Shown piece after piece: positions 1 to 14,098 of a DNA stretch of 64,000 bases (position 1 is the stretch's first letter; each line of letters starts with the position of its first letter). Location: positions 17,273,101 to 17,337,100 of the forward strand of contig NC_134025.1 of NCBI RefSeq assembly GCF_964204645.1, in the 5' to 3' direction. This DNA comes from Tubulanus polymorphus. Its lineage: Eukaryota > Animalia > Nemertea. The notes beneath the pieces are model-generated. The model had not been told where the DNA came from. It saw only the letters and a list, made by a program, of their open reading frames with translations, and made no database searches. The position numbers and the translations under genes were made by a program.

Positions 1-40
1 CGAGGCATTCGAGAAATTAGAAGATGTTCGGGAGAGAAAC

Positions 41-960
41 TTGCATGGCTTCGTAAATCAGGTTAAATCGGAACCCCGCGGAGAAATTAAAGGGTTAAAA
101 GAACAAGTCTCTCAACTAACCTCAATGGTGAAGCAAGTGTTGACTCAGCAAAGCCCCCAGGAGGGTGCCGGTAGGCGTTTCCCTAATCGCATCGTCTGTT
201 ACGCCTGCGGAGAGCCTGGCCACATTTCTCGAGAATGTCGCAGATCGAGGCCTCGGGGAAACGAGGGACGGTTGGCTCCTCGAGATTCCGGCCAAATTCG
301 GAGAAATTCAACGAGCATAATCATACAAGGGAAGATAGGAGAAATCAATGTAGATTATTTGATTGACATGGGAGCTTGCGTCTCCGTTGTAAATAGCAAG
401 ATTTATAATCAACTACGCCCCGCGATGAAAGATAAATTAGAGATGTCGGATGTTGCATTAAGTACGGCCAATGGCTTAGGTATTGAAGTTGTCAAAGGTC
501 AGATGGAGATCGACGCTAAGATTTTCGATAAATCGACTCCCTGGAAATTTGTGAATGCTGATATATCAGAAGATGTCATACTCGGCATGGATTTTCTAGA
601 ATTTTTCTGTACTGTCTTCTAGACTGTAAGATATTCCCCGGACGAAAGAGCTTGATTTTGGGTGATGAGCAACTGTTTTACGGAAGCACTGTAATCTTGA
701 CGAGAATAATACTCGAGTACGAAGCCGACGGAAGGTTATCCTTCGGCCATTTTCGGAACAGATACATGTAGTTGATGGACTCGTAGATATTCAACACCAT
801 ACTGGAAAATGGACAATAATAGTCATCGCGACTTACCCATAAACACCAATTTCTCACCGCACGTATAGTCTAGTAGACACAGAAGAAATTTCTGCCAGCA
901 AGGGTTATGAATCCGACCTCTGAAACGATAACCATTTATAAAGGTTCAACCCTGGGTTCA
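41..960 (+). pseudogene. gag: Ty3/gypsy LTR retrotransposon gag-protease fragment
   Basis: ORF 41-622 has a CX2CX4HX4C zinc knuckle (CYACGEPGHISREC) and a retropepsin-like motif (YLIDMGACVS...DVILGMDFL). Degenerate spacer follows, and the element is truncated near 970. Confidence 0.8.
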
Positions 961-2240
961 ACCCATCTCAGCACCATCAGTAGGGATTTCAGGTCACGTG
1001 ATCAAAATGTGTCATAATTAGCGTTTTCCACGCTTCAAAATTTCAATCGCTCATAAAAAACGTATTCTATATCCAATTAAAGCCAAACTTGCTCGGTATA
1101 TTCAATTTACCGGTTATTTGTTGTGCTGTAAATTTCATGAGTGTATCCTGCATAGTTATGGAGCAATAAGTCGTAGTTCAGCGCGCGTCGGCTCATTTCT
1201 AGGAAACAAGATGGCGGCCATGTTTTTCATGCATTTTTCAAACACGTGAAAAACGCACGCAATTTTTGGGGTCAAATCCACGAGCCTGCTGCTGATTGGC
1301 TGGATATTTGACCTCAGAATATTTTAAGAACATGTTTCATATAGAGCATGTCGGTGCGTGCAAGTTTTGGTAGGCCCTGTATCACTCGGAAAAAGTCGTA
1401 AACAATTCAAAGTGCTCATACGCTAAAATTAATAATTTTAACAAGTTGCACTCTACTACATTATAAAATAAGATACTTTATACGTGTAAATTGTTTTCAA
1501 TTATTACTTTTAAGATTGATTTAGTAGTCTTTCGCAGATTTTGACCTAAAGTCGGCAAGGCGCTTCAAATTGTTTACATCCGGGTCACTACCGGCTCCAC
1601 ACCGGCTGATCAATCAAAACACTTCCGGGTTCATTTTTACCACTCTAAACGACAATTTAGCAGGTAAAGCACCACTTTCACTCAATAAATTCATACTTTA
1701 TTATGAAATCGGCAATATATTAGACCAATAATGGATAGGCCTACCTAATTTAAAAACTTTGAGTATTTTGCTCAAGAATCTTAAGTTTTGTCTAAATTTT
1801 AGCTCATTTTTTGCTAAAAAGAATTTTTTTTTCTAATCTGCTTCACCTTTAGGTAATAAAGTAGTCATTTTAATATCTCATCTTGAATACTAGGATATCC
1901 TTCTGAAAAGCAGTTGTTATTCATTTGTTCATGGTTTTTCAATTCCAGTTGACCCTTTCGCTAAATAACTGCCGCTGCTAGGCCTATAATACCCACCAAC
2001 CAATGGTTAATCAAATAGATTCTAGAGGATTATATTATCAATTTTCTTTTTCATTCGAATGCCTAAAAGGAGACCTTTAATTAGATACCAAACATGACGC
2101 ACTTAAAATTGACTTTCTGATGAAATATCGACGCAAAACAAGATGGCCGCCATTCCTCGAGCCTCAATTTGAGATATCTTGCTATAGATATTTCATGGGT
2201 AGAACTGTTAGGGCCTAGGGATCTCTAAAGAATAAAGCTA

Positions 2241-3180
2241 AAATACGAACCGAAATACGAAACGAAATGGTCACATTTCAAACACACGCCCATACTATGG
2301 TCAAAGCTCGTTATAACGCTATATCGTGCTCTACCACAAGAAAGTTACATTGTAACAGTCTAAACACTTACACAGACAATATTGCAGCATATTTTTGATT
2401 TATCTGTTGCCGGCATATCGGGCTACGACTTACGCGAGGTATTTTGAATGAAATCAGAAGATTTGGAATTTATAATTGATACGACTTATAAAGTACGAGT
2501 TATAAGCAATATTTTATAAGGTTTAAAGAAGAAAAAAATCGGGACCAAAATAATTATACGAGAGATGTGATGATACGACTAGTTCGATGACGACTTATGC
2601 GGGGTTGACTGTAGCAGAAAGGAAAGGCAAGCGCTTCACGTTCTTGGACACCGGCCGACATATCTGAACCTGTATAGTATCGATCATTTAGCTCAGAAAA
2701 AATTAATGTTCAGGGTAGATTAGCGGCCGGTCGGGTCAACTTTTAAGCTCCTCAGCAGAGGAGAAATGAGGTATCAATTTTTTAGCCTAGCACTGGTCGA
2801 TATATTTTAAGGCACACTTCGTTCTCTAACCCGTAATTTATTAATCGCTACCTTCCATTTGAGTATGAGCATGCGCAGATCATTCTCCCTGATGGCATCG
2901 CTAAACTCAGTCGCGGCACGGAACCCTGCCACACTAGACCGGGTGCGCATGTTTAAGCCAGCTCCATGAGTCTGCTGCTATAGCGCAAAAAATTACAAAA
3001 TTTTCGTTTCGTATTACATTTTATACTTTAGCAGGACCCGCGAAAAAATGACCATTTCGTTTCGTAGTTTAGCATTTCGTATAGTATTTCGTTTCGTACT
3101 TTCTTAATTTCGTTTTGCATTTCGTAATTTCGTTGCATATTTCTTAATTTTCGTAGTTTCGTACTTAAGGAGTACCCATA
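2241..3180. mobile_element. Degenerate non-autonomous DNA transposon (MITE-like) with TTTCGTA subrepeats
   Basis: AAATACGAAACGAAATGGTCA (~2253-2273) is an inverted match to TGACCATTTCGTTTCGTAGTTT (~3049-3070). Tandem TTTCGTA units run 3055-3165. Ends are uncertain. Confidence 0.45.
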
Positions 3181-3472
3181 TAGACGATAGATTAGATAAA
3201 TGTTATAATGAAATAAAAAGTAAAATAGAAGAGAAATATTTTGAAGGATCTGGTTTAATATTTCATGAAATAATATTTATGGCTTTACATGTATTCAATA
3301 CAAAATATAATAAGTTAACTAAATCAAAACCAATAGATGAAAATAATTTATATTATAAAGATGATAATATAAATGCATCAAGTTATATTAAACTACCATT
3401 TAAAACTAATGCTGTTATAAATGTACAAAATGAAGATGATAAATGTTTTCTTTGGACAATGATTAGTTGCTT

Positions 3473-5885
3473 TGTCACCCTGGTATAATTTGCATACTTC
3501 GTAATCATATAGATCTACAATGTCATATCGAACAGTTCATAACATTTCATAGCTCTACTACTACTACATAATAATAATAATAATAATATAATATAACTTA
3601 TGACTATAGTGTCAATATGTGCTTTAAGGTCGTAATCTATGGAAGACCTCAGACGACATACGAGATATGAGATATAACATACGAGATATGAGATGCAACA
3701 TACGAGATACGACATATGACATACGAGATACGACTTATTTACAGTACGGGTGTCCGTCCGCTAGCGCCACCGCAGTGTATATTTTTCAACATCTACTCGG
3801 CGTTGCGGCGTATACTACGACACGTGCGCAGGCAGTGGCGTATACATTAACTATGAATATCAATATGCAAAAAACGTTTCATTTGAAACGAAAAACATTT
3901 AAAAATATTCGATCAACCACTCCCGGGGACCGGCTTCTCGCTGTGACGTCAGTGGGCGGCCACTCTTAGTGTGAGACACCGATGGTCCGGTGATTCGAGT
4001 TGGCTCCAAATACAGGGCTACAGCCCCTAAATCCACCAAAAACGCCTCAAATTCCATTTTTGAGTGTACAAAAATCCCTCAAAAAGAGTTAGCCATGGCC
4101 CCTTCAAATTGGTGGTCAGTAAGAATTGCGCCTAGTCAAGGGTTTAAACTTCGCGTTCGATCGAGTGTTTTCGATGAAGAATGAAAGATGTATGTATATT
4201 ACGAATGCCGATGACCAAAGAGTTTAAAAAAAGTCCGACACACGCGGAATCTGTGTTTAGTGTACTATGATTTCAACGAATGAATTGAAACATGGACATG
4301 AATTAAAAATACTAAAGATAACATAAATCTATTGAATGAATTATTCATTAAATATCAGAATGGAGTTCCATTGTATCACTCTCAGCTCCTGGCCCTAGTC
4401 CAGCTGATTTCATTTATCACGACGTTTTTTGCGACGGGTGCAAACGCACCATACGAGCAACGTTCCGGTGTTCCGCTAATTCCCTGTCTAAAGAAATGTT
4501 ACTTGATATTTCCATGGATCTCTTATCTTTACAAATGTAAGAGCTCTGTTGTGTTTTGCTGAAGACTTATTTATGTGGTTCCTGTACTTTTGTCAATAAA
4601 CAGTTTTAAAACTGGCCATGACAATTGATAAGAATGATCTTAAATTGGATTCTCCGATTATGAAAGTTATTCAGATTCAGCCATTGGCCCTTTTCATGAA
4701 AGATGTCAGAAAAGAAAGATAGCCAAAAAGCCCTCAGAATACTCAAGTACCTAAATTGAACAAATTTTCAGGGGAGGACCCCAGACTATGGCTTCAGAAA
4801 GACAGTGCCGATACTGCCCTGACGGTTAGCGAAAACTGGCCAGTCTCGACTCTCAACGGGTGGTCTAGTGGACTCACCAGTCAGCCCCGGTAGCTCGATA
4901 TGCTGGAATTTAGCTGGGGATTTCAAACCTTGAGAGAGAGCACGGGAGTTAATCTGGATACCAGGGCGATGTACGGGTTCCCGGGTTGTTTGGGATTCAA
5001 GAACTTTTTTAGAATTTTGATTTCTGATGCAGAAAAGCCGGCGGTTACGGCGGGCGGTGAACAGTAGTTATTTTTTCTGCAGGCATTGAGTAACCGGAAC
5101 CCCGGCTCCTGAACACCAGGCCGTTTTCAGACCAAAGGAAGACAAGAAATAGCATAATATTATGAACTTGAACAGTTTGATATCTTTTTAGTTTTGTGAT
5201 TTGAAAAACTTTTCGTCGCCCGCGGGAGGGGAACGGCCGGCGCGCCTAATTAGTCCAGGGTGTTCACAGTATGGCCTAATATCGTTGTGTCCGGTCCAGG
5301 TGTCCATTATCCAAAAGACATCTATTTGTTTTTCTAAATGTTGACTATGTTGGTTTTCATATAATTGACGATGACTGTATGCGTCACCATGTTAAACGAT
5401 TTATATGCAGTAAATATTGAAAAACATAAACTGCGGTGGCGCTAGCGGACGGACACCGTACTGTAAATAAGTCGTATCTCGTATGTCATATGTCGTATGT
5501 TGCATCTCATATCTCGTATGTCGTCCGAGGTCTTCCATAGTAATCAACATGTGACATTACTCAACATGTTTTCACGATAATTAGCTATAGTCAGTGCTCA
5601 TCGATAATTAATTAATGTCTCTCAAACATGTCACTAGGTGTTAGTTTGTGAGTCCTGATGTCTACAACTTGTCTAACTCCTAGTTCTCACATTATACTCA
5701 TGATTCTGTATATAAAGACTATGTAAAGCTATGATAATCATTCTCATTCCGGGATGCAATAAAGATTGTACATATAAGGTTTAACTGCCTTGTTGTTCCT
5801 GATGGATGGAATCCTGTACCACTGGTGTAAATGCTAGTTCCCCAGCCAGCCTGCCGATACAACAACCAGCCGGTTACAGATGGTG
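3473..5885 (+). mobile_element. Solo-LTR-like insertion in polB
   Basis: Runs TGTCACC (3473) to GTTACA (5878), then GATGGTG. Flanked by GCTT at 3469-3472 and 5886-5889. TATATAAA near 5709 and AATAAA near 5758. Excision restores ISC-LHPV. Confidence 0.7.
3637..5540. mobile_element. Non-autonomous DNA transposon with long TIRs, nested in the LTR
   Basis: Termini CTATGGAAGACCTC...GAGGTCTTCCATAG, with ~130-160 bp imperfect TIRs built of CATACGAGA subrepeats. TSD is TAAT (3633-3636/5541-5544), or GTAATC if the termini are TATGG/CCATA. No transposase ORF. Confidence 0.85.
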
Positions 5886-6922
5886 GCTTACATCCAGTTG
5901 AAGATTATAATCAACATACTTATAGATTAACAAATTATAAACAATTTGAAAATAATTATAAGATAGACAATTATCCTGTTAGAATTGAAAATATCCCAAA
6001 AATAGAAAGAGATAATAATTTGAAAATAAATGTATTCGATTTAATCAAATTACCAAAAACAAAAGGCAATAAAATTGAACATTTTACATTAGAGCCTTTG
6101 TATTTATCAAAAGATTATGATTCAAATGGTGTTATAGATATGTGGATAAAACAAATCGATTTATTTTTTAAGAACAGAAAATAACCACAATAAAATATAT
6201 CTGTAGAAAATGTTTGCATAGATTCAGCAATGAAAGTACATTATTAAATCATAAACAATTATGTGATAATCATGATTATTATAAAATGATTTTACCAAAT
6301 GAAAAATATAAGATATTAAAATTCAAAAAATATGATAACAAGAATAAAGTACCATTTGTAATATATGGAGATTTTGAATCATTAAATAAAGAATTAACTG
6401 ATCAAGATAGAAAAGAAATATATTATAAAAGAAAGAAATTCTAATGAAAATGATGTAATTGATTATCCAGATCCTCTTATTATTAAAAAGATTCATCAAT
6501 AAGCTGCAGCTTTTGGATTATATATAAAATCTGATTATCCAGAACTAATGAAAAGTGAATATTATGATTATAGAAATGAGAATGTTATCAATCGTTTTTG
6601 TGACTTATTAATTGCGTATGAAATGAAATTTAATGAAACGTTAAATGAAATAAAGAAATTATAATGACAGAAGATAAAGAAGAATTTGAGTTTGCGGATA
6701 AATGTTTTTATTGTGAAAAACTGTTTAATTTTAAAGATACAGAAGTTAGAGACCATGATCCTTTGAATGGAAAGTTTAGAGGTGCAGCACATGAGAATTG
6801 TAACTTAAAAGCCAAGAAAATAAATTTTGTTCCAGCAATATTTCATAATTTATCAGGGTATGATGCACATTTATTCATCAAACAGCTATGTCATAAAATA
6901 GAAGAAATCAATAATGAAATAG

Positions 6923-7939
6923 TGTCACGAGGTACACGTGACCGAGAGCGACTCCTCAGAAAAAGAAAACCGAATTACTGAGATAACTCTTAAATATAAT
7001 TACAAATAGTTTAATTAACACAAAAAAAACGGGAAAAAAATAAAATAGAAATACTACAATTTGAATCTGATTGAAGGCAGTGGTCACATTGAAGATGGTC
7101 GTTTATGGATCAGCGGAGATATCCGTCTACTTGAGAAAAGTTATTCTGATGATTAGGCGACGTCCGTATATGACGGCGTTTACGGTGACGATAGTCATCC
7201 GGGTCAGTTCGGTTAATAACTGATTGCTGACTGCTGACGAATCTCAGTCGAGTCGGATGTAGTGATATGAGTATTAATGATTACAATATACTATTGATAC
7301 TAACAACAGCAAGAAGAAGGAGCTGCAAATATACACATAACGAACATTTACAATTCAAATATACATATGATCACAAACATATGATAAGGTGAAACAGGAA
7401 TTCATACATCTATAAACGCCTTGTTTTATAGAGACAAGTATTTGAGTTATTCGAATCGAATGACCAAATGACAAATTACGACAATTAGCCAAAATAGTAT
7501 TTGAAAACATGAAATAATTACCAAATCCGCTAATTATTCTACCTAAATTGAACTAATTAACATTACTAGCAATAATACTACTGGTTTATACAAATAATTT
7601 TTCCTTACCCCATTACACGCGGCAAACATCTCTGAACAGCTGTAGCCTGTCCGTGCTTCACGGGCTTGCAAATAATTTCTGACCACGAGAAATGGTCACC
7701 AGGTCTTATATAGACTTACCACAATATGGAATGCAACGATATGATAGGTCGTCGATAGCATTTCAACGACCACAAAGAAACTATAGTTTGCCCACTTCGA
7801 AGGACGGCACGCATTCGTCGCTACACTGCTTCGTCAACGAACGTCAAAAGACCCTGCATGAGTAGTTAAATGTACACTAAAGCTTATATGAACACGGCTG
7901 AATACAACTAGGAGAGTTAACAAAATTTAGCTCGTGACA
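6923..7939 (-). repeat. 3' LTR of the Gmr1-like element (1017 bp)
   Basis: TG...CA termini next to the PPT. Positions 7636-7939 are repeated at 12143-12447. Confidence 0.9.
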
Positions 7940-8182
7940 ATGTCTTCCCCCAATAAAAAAATGTGCCAACATTTTTAAGCTGGAGCAAAAATTTTGTTAA
8001 ATCTGTTACTCTACCTTAACCAATGCTCATAAGAATTACTTCAATGATAACTAGTTGTAACATATATCACATCGTATGAAACAAAGAACATCAATACAAA
8101 TTTAGTATTAGAAATTAATGAGACGTATTTATCTCTGAAATCTATAAACGTATTTACATATTTAATATCGAAAATGCAGAAC

Positions 8183-10129
8183 CTACATTGAAATTCTACT
8201 TAGGAGATCCGCCCCAATATTTTCAGACCCCTTTATAGCGACAACTCTGAACCTGAATTGTTGCAAGCTTAATGCCCATCTCATCAATCTGGAGTTGTTC
8301 ATTTTAACACGATTCAAATGAATTAATGGTTGGTGATCTGTTTCCCAAACAAAATCGCACAACCATAAGTATCTTGCTAATCTGTTGATTGCCCAGAAAA
8401 TAGCTAGGCATTCACGCTCAATGACGGCATATTTCTTTTCGCTATCTGTCAATTTACGGCTGACGTAAATTACTGGTTTCTTAATTCCATCCTCCTCTTG
8501 TAAAAGGATGGCACCTATACCTGCATCAGATGCGTCAGTTCGCAAATATAATGTTTTTGAGAAATCAGGAAGTTTCAAGACTGGCTCATTTGCCAATGCT
8601 TTTTTTAGGGTTTGAAACGACTTTTCTTGAGCTGGACCCCACTTAATCTGATTAGGTTCTCCTTTTCGTGTGAGGTCAGTTAGTGGAGAAGCGATGGCTG
8701 CACAATCTGGAATAAACCTGGCATAAAATGACACGGTTCCTATAAATGACCTTACCTCTTTTTTGGTTTTCGGTCTTTCCAATTTCAATATGGCAATGAC
8801 TTTATCATGATTAGGTTCGAGACTATTGCCTCCCAGCACGAAACCTAAACAATCTAACTTAGAATAACCAAAGAAACATTTTGTAGGCCTGGCTGTTAAA
8901 CCATGAATACGCAGTTTTGTCAGAAACTCTCTAATTTTCTGCAAATGTTCTTCCCAGGAGGTTTCTCCTGTAATTACATCATCTACAAAATGATCAATGC
9001 CTGACATACCTTTAAGTAACTTGCGCATGAGTTTATTGAAGGTCTGTCCCGCATTAACCAAGCCGAAAGGCATGAACTTGAACTGTTTAAGCCCTTTACC
9101 TGTCTGAAATGCAGTTAATTGTTTCGATTGCTCCGTTAAGGGAACTTGCCAATAGCCTTTTGATAAATCAAACTTTGTACAGTACTTAAACCCGTTCATT
9201 CGACTAAAAATTGCATCGCTATCACACATAGGTTCAGCATCAAATACTGTTATTCGGTTAATATTTCGAAAGTCAATACATATCCTGTTTCATCCATCTG
9301 GTTTTTTTACCATCAAAAGTGGTGATGTATAAGGAGAGATGGAGTCTTCTATTATACCCATTATTTCCATTTCTTCTACCTCTTTTTCGATGACGTCGGC
9401 AGATTTAAATGGTAAAGGATATTGTTTAGTTCGCACTGGCGACGACGATGTTAGGACGATGTCATGTTCTATCAAGTTTGTGAGTCCTGGTTTATCAGTT
9501 AAAACGTCAGAAAACTCACTCAACAACTCTCTCAATTGTGTTTTCTGAGCCTCTGACAGATCAGGACAAATATTAACGTCTTTATAACACTCACCGTTAG
9601 ATCTTTTATCGGTTTGAAGGAGTAATTCTTCGAATTTTGTGTTATCCTCTACATCATCCAAAGATGTACTTTCAATGATGCCTAAATTAATGACGGCAGG
9701 CATATCATTTTGAGACTGACCCTCATCAGGAATTACATCTTTCTCAAAGTACTGTTTTAACATATTGGCATGAAATATTTTTTTCCGACCTGCAACATTT
9801 ACCTTAAAATCTACATCGCCAATCGTCTCCAGGATGTCGTACGGACCTTTCCATTGCATTTGAAGCTTATTGCGTTTTGTTGGTAGCAATACTAATACTT
9901 TATTTCCTGGTCTCAATTTAATCTTACTGGTCTTTTTATTGTACTGTCGCTGCTGTTTCTTTGCAGCAATGGAAAGATTTTCATGCGCTAACTTACTTGT
10001 AAACTCTAGACGTTCACGAAGATCGACCACATACTGGTACACAGTTTTGATATCAGGATCCGGTACTTCTTTTGTCCACAATTCGCGTAGTATCTTTATT
10101 GGTCCACGGATGGGAAAACCATATATCAT
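8183..10129 (-). pseudogene. pol: Integrase C-terminus, reverse transcriptase and RNase H
   Basis: ORF 9290-10129 has WKGPY and SPYTSPLLMVKKPDG. ORF 8183-9229 has DLSKGYWQ, MPFGL, FVDD, TDAS, IERECLAI, ETDH and ADLLSR. One frameshift separates them. Confidence 0.92.
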
Positions 10130-11259
10130 TTCAAAAGGGGTAAAAATCCTGTACTTTGTTGTGGGACATCACGATAAGCAAACAACAAAGCATTGAGATA
10201 CCTGTCCCGATCACAGGGCCTTTCAATACACATTTTCCTCAACATGGATTTCAAGGTACCGTTATATCGTTCACAGAGTCCATTAGCCATTGCATGGTAC
10301 GGTGAAGTATATAATTGCTGAAAAGATAAAAGTCTACTTACCTCTTTCATAATTTCGGCACGAAACTAGGAACCACGATCGGACAGTACTTCCCGTGGTA
10401 TGCCTATACGAGAAAACATAGTAAGTAAAGCCTCGGCCACGGTTTCTGTATCGATATTTCTCAACGCCATAGCTTCAGGATATCGGGTGGCAAAGTCAAC
10501 CATCGTTAATATATACCTATTTCCTCGATCGGTTATGGGACTTAAAGGTCCTTTCAAATCCACAGCAACTCGACGAAACGGTGCATCTATTAATGGCATT
10601 TGCCCTAGCGGCGCTTTCTTAACCTTACCTTTAGGGAAAGTTCTCTGACAGGCATCACACGACCGACAATAGCGTTGTACATCGGCGTTCATCCTGGGCC
10701 AATAAAATTCTGACGAAACGTTATCTAGCGTACGTTTCGTAGCTAAGTGCCCAGCCATAATGCAATCATGAGATAATTTTATAACTGTTGGCCTGTACAA
10801 CTTCGGTACGACTACCTGTTTAAATAAACGACCACGACTTACTTTTGGTGACTGAAAATGCCGGTATAGTATACCGTTCTTAAATACAAACTTCGTTTCA
10901 CTACCATTCGATTTCCGTTTTACTGTACCCTCTTTCGCCAACTCATAAACCTTTCCCAGAGTTACATCACTTTTTTGATGTACTTTAAGTTCTTCAGGAG
11001 TTAGATCCATTAACTTACTAACTGGAGGTACGACGAGAGGGGTCATCGGTTTCATTTCACGTTCTATTTGAGCTCGAGTCTTGACAGCCTGTGCTACAGG
11101 ACAGGACTCTAAATAAGGGGCTTTTGCTCCAGGGGCATTCCCGACAATCACGTCATAAAAAGGAGATTCTAAACGCCAGGCTTCAACTTCACCGTCGAAA
11201 TACGGGGATTTGATATGTACAACTGCCGTAGGAACCTCAACGGGACTACCGTTAATCAT
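10126..11259 (-). pseudogene. pol: Retroviral-type integrase lying upstream of RT
   Basis: HHCC zinc finger (SHD..AGH...CRSCDAC) and the DDE core (VAVDL, SDRGS, NGLCERYN). Confidence 0.92.
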
Positions 11260-11275
11260 ATAAAATACCTTAGTT

Positions 11276-12142
11276 TTACCGGTGAATAGTTACCAATGAC
11301 GCTCTTACTATAACACCATTGCATCCAGTGTCACGTAGGACGGAGACTACATGTTCGCCCACCCGACCTTTACAAACTGGCATACTTTGGTTTTCATAAG
11401 TGACTAGTGCGTCGTCGTTTTGACGCTCAGGACTAAGTGCTACTCCACCTTTTTTACCTGGTCTTAAGTTGGGATGCTTCGAGTAACAGTTGTGTTCTTC
11501 GTGACCCTTCTTATTACAAAAGCTACAGGATTTTATAGGCGGTTTACTCTCTTTGAATTCACTACTGATTTGAACTTTCTCTCCAATCTTCGGAGGTGAT
11601 CTTTCTTTTAACTGACGGGATAACTTAACACTATTACCACCCCTTGCTTCACAGAATTGATCGGCGAGTTTGGTCATGTCTGACAATGATGAAGGGGTCC
11701 TTTCCTTCAAGAATAACGCCGGGTCACGACCGCACGTGTATAGAAATTGATCTCTTAAAAGGAAATCGGAGATTCCTTCAAATGTACGGACAGTTCCAGC
11801 CATATCTATCCAACGATTTAAATAATTTTCCAAGCGAACAGAGAACTGTGAAAAAGTTTCACCCTGCTCAGGGCGGGCACTACGAAACTTATTTCTAAAT
11901 CCATCAACGGTAAGAGCAAATCTTTTTAACAAAGCCGATTTTAATGCTTGATAATCATGTATCTGCTCGGCAGGCAATAATGAATAAACATCCAATGCTT
12001 TGCCAGTTAAAAGGGCACTCAAATGAATCGACCACATTTCAGTTTCCAAATTTTGAGATGTTGCATAACGTTCAAAGCGTAACAAAAAAGAATCTATATC
12101 ATCTCTCTTTTCATCAAAATTTTGTAATTTTGGTAACCTTGT
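11276..12142 (-). pseudogene. gag: Gag (SCAN-related capsid, zinc knuckle) and aspartic protease; 5' end deleted
   Basis: LPKL..FDE..DDIDSFL.RFE, ALLTGKAL, FRNKFR, CSFCNKKGHEEHNC, VLRDTG. The N-terminus of the predicted ORF is LTR-derived. Confidence 0.88.
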
Positions 12143-14098
12143 ACAGCTGTAGCCTGTCCGTGCTTCACGGGCTTGCAAATAATTTCTGACCACGAGAAAT
12201 GGTCACCAGGTCTTATATAGACTTACCACAATATGGAATGCAACGATATGATAGGTCGTCGATAGCATTACAACGACCACAAAGAAACTATAGTTTGCCC
12301 ACGTCGAAGTACGGCACGCATTCGTCGCTACACTGCTTCGTCAACGAAACGACAAAAGACCCTGCATGAGTAGTTAAATGTACACTAAAGCTTATATGAA
12401 CACGGCTGAATACAACTAGGAGAGTTAACAAAATTTAGCTCGTGACAAATAGAAAGATTAAATTCAAATAGATCAAAAGATAAAATACCAACTTATAAAT
12501 TTAAAATGTTAGCTAAAACATCTGGGAATTATATATCTTTCCAATTTGGGTGTCTAAGATTTATAGATTCATATAGATTTTTAAGTAGTTCATTAGATAA
12601 TTTATCAAAATTATTAGTTGATGATGAATTAAAAATATTAAAACAACACTATCCAAATAATGATGATTTTCAATTAATGAGATATAAAGGGGTAATTCCA
12701 TATTCATTTTATAAATCGCATAATGATTTCAATATAACCGAATTATTAAAAGAACAATTTTATGATGAATTAAAAAATGAATATGTTAAAGATGAAGTAT
12801 ATAATAGAACATTGGATATTTGAAATCATTTCGGAATGAAAAATCATGGACAATTAGTAGATTTATATCTAAAATCAGATGTATTATTATTAACTGATAT
12901 ATTTGAAAGGTTTAGAGATGTAAATCTAAAATATCTTAATATTGATCCTTGCCATTGTTATTTTAGCCCAGGTTTAACTTGGGATTGTGGATTAAAATTT
13001 ACAGATATAAAAATGGATTCGTTAAAAATATAGATCAATTATTATTATTTGAAAAATCTATAAGAGGAGGAGTTTCGGGTGTATTAGGCGATAGATATTG
13101 CAATGTAAATGATAACCCTGGATATAAATTATTATATATAGATGCAAATAATCTATATGGTTAGGCAATGATGGAACCTCAACCTTATGGAGTATTTGAA
13201 ATAACTGAAGTTTTACAACATGAAGATAATGATAAATTTGATTGGAAGAAAAGAATTCTAGATATTGCAGATGATTCAGACACTGGTTACTTTTTTGATG
13301 TAGATTTAGAATATCATGAAAACATTAAATTTATATCTAGAAATCTAGCATACTGTCCCGAACATAAAACTGTTACACACGTAGAATTATCAAATTATCA
13401 AAAAAGAACTAAACCTGAAAATCATGTTCATACAGAAAAGTTAATGGTAATTCAGGAAGATAAATATAATTATGTAGTACATTATAGAATTTTAAAATTT
13501 TATCTAAATCAAGGAATGATTCCAAAAAAAGTACATAGATATATTTCGTTCAGTCAATCTAAATGGTTAGAAAAATATATAGATTTTAACACCAAACAGA
13601 GAACTAAAAAACTGATTTCGAAAAAGATTTCTTCAATAATGCATTCTATGGTAAGACTTGTGAAAATATTAGAAATAGAAATGATATTGAGTTAGTCAGT
13701 AATGGTAAAAGGATAAGGTATTTACAAACATATCCTAGATTTATTGGTAAGAGAATATTTGATGAAAATTTAGCTGCAGTTAAAATGAAAAGAACTTCTA
13801 TGAAATTTAATAAACCAATTTATGTTGGTGCTTCAGTTTAAGAAATATCGAAACTGTTAATGTATGAATTCTATTATAACGTATTACAACCTCATTTTGG
13901 AGAAAAGCATATAGAAATCTTATATTTTGATACTGGCAGTTACATATTAAAGATAAAACCTAATAATCTAACAAATGATTTAAAAACATTAAAACATCAT
14001 TTTGATTTCAGTAACTATCCAAAAGCTCATGAATTGTTTAGCAATGATAATAAAAAGGTGCCCGGTGAATTCAAAGATGAATTGGGAGGTGAAGAAAT

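Larger units (their letters stand above)
6923..12447 (-). mobile_element. Gmr1-like Ty3/gypsy LTR retrotransposon (gag-PR-IN-RT-RH)
   Basis: TGTCAC...GTGACA ends with a 5-bp TSD AATAG (6918-6922/12448-12452). Full 3' LTR at 6923-7939, PPT at 7940-7954 (GGGGGAAGA on -), partial 5' LTR at 12143-12447. Confidence 0.93.

Noticed and set aside
973-2200. Discrete DNA transposon or regulatory island
   Set aside because: It looks like repeat-derived non-coding DNA, but I could not pair termini or find a TSD.
9339-12189. Short + strand ORFs over the Gmr1-like element, and similar antisense ORFs elsewhere
   Set aside because: They are shadow frames opposite well-supported gag/pol genes and have no motifs.
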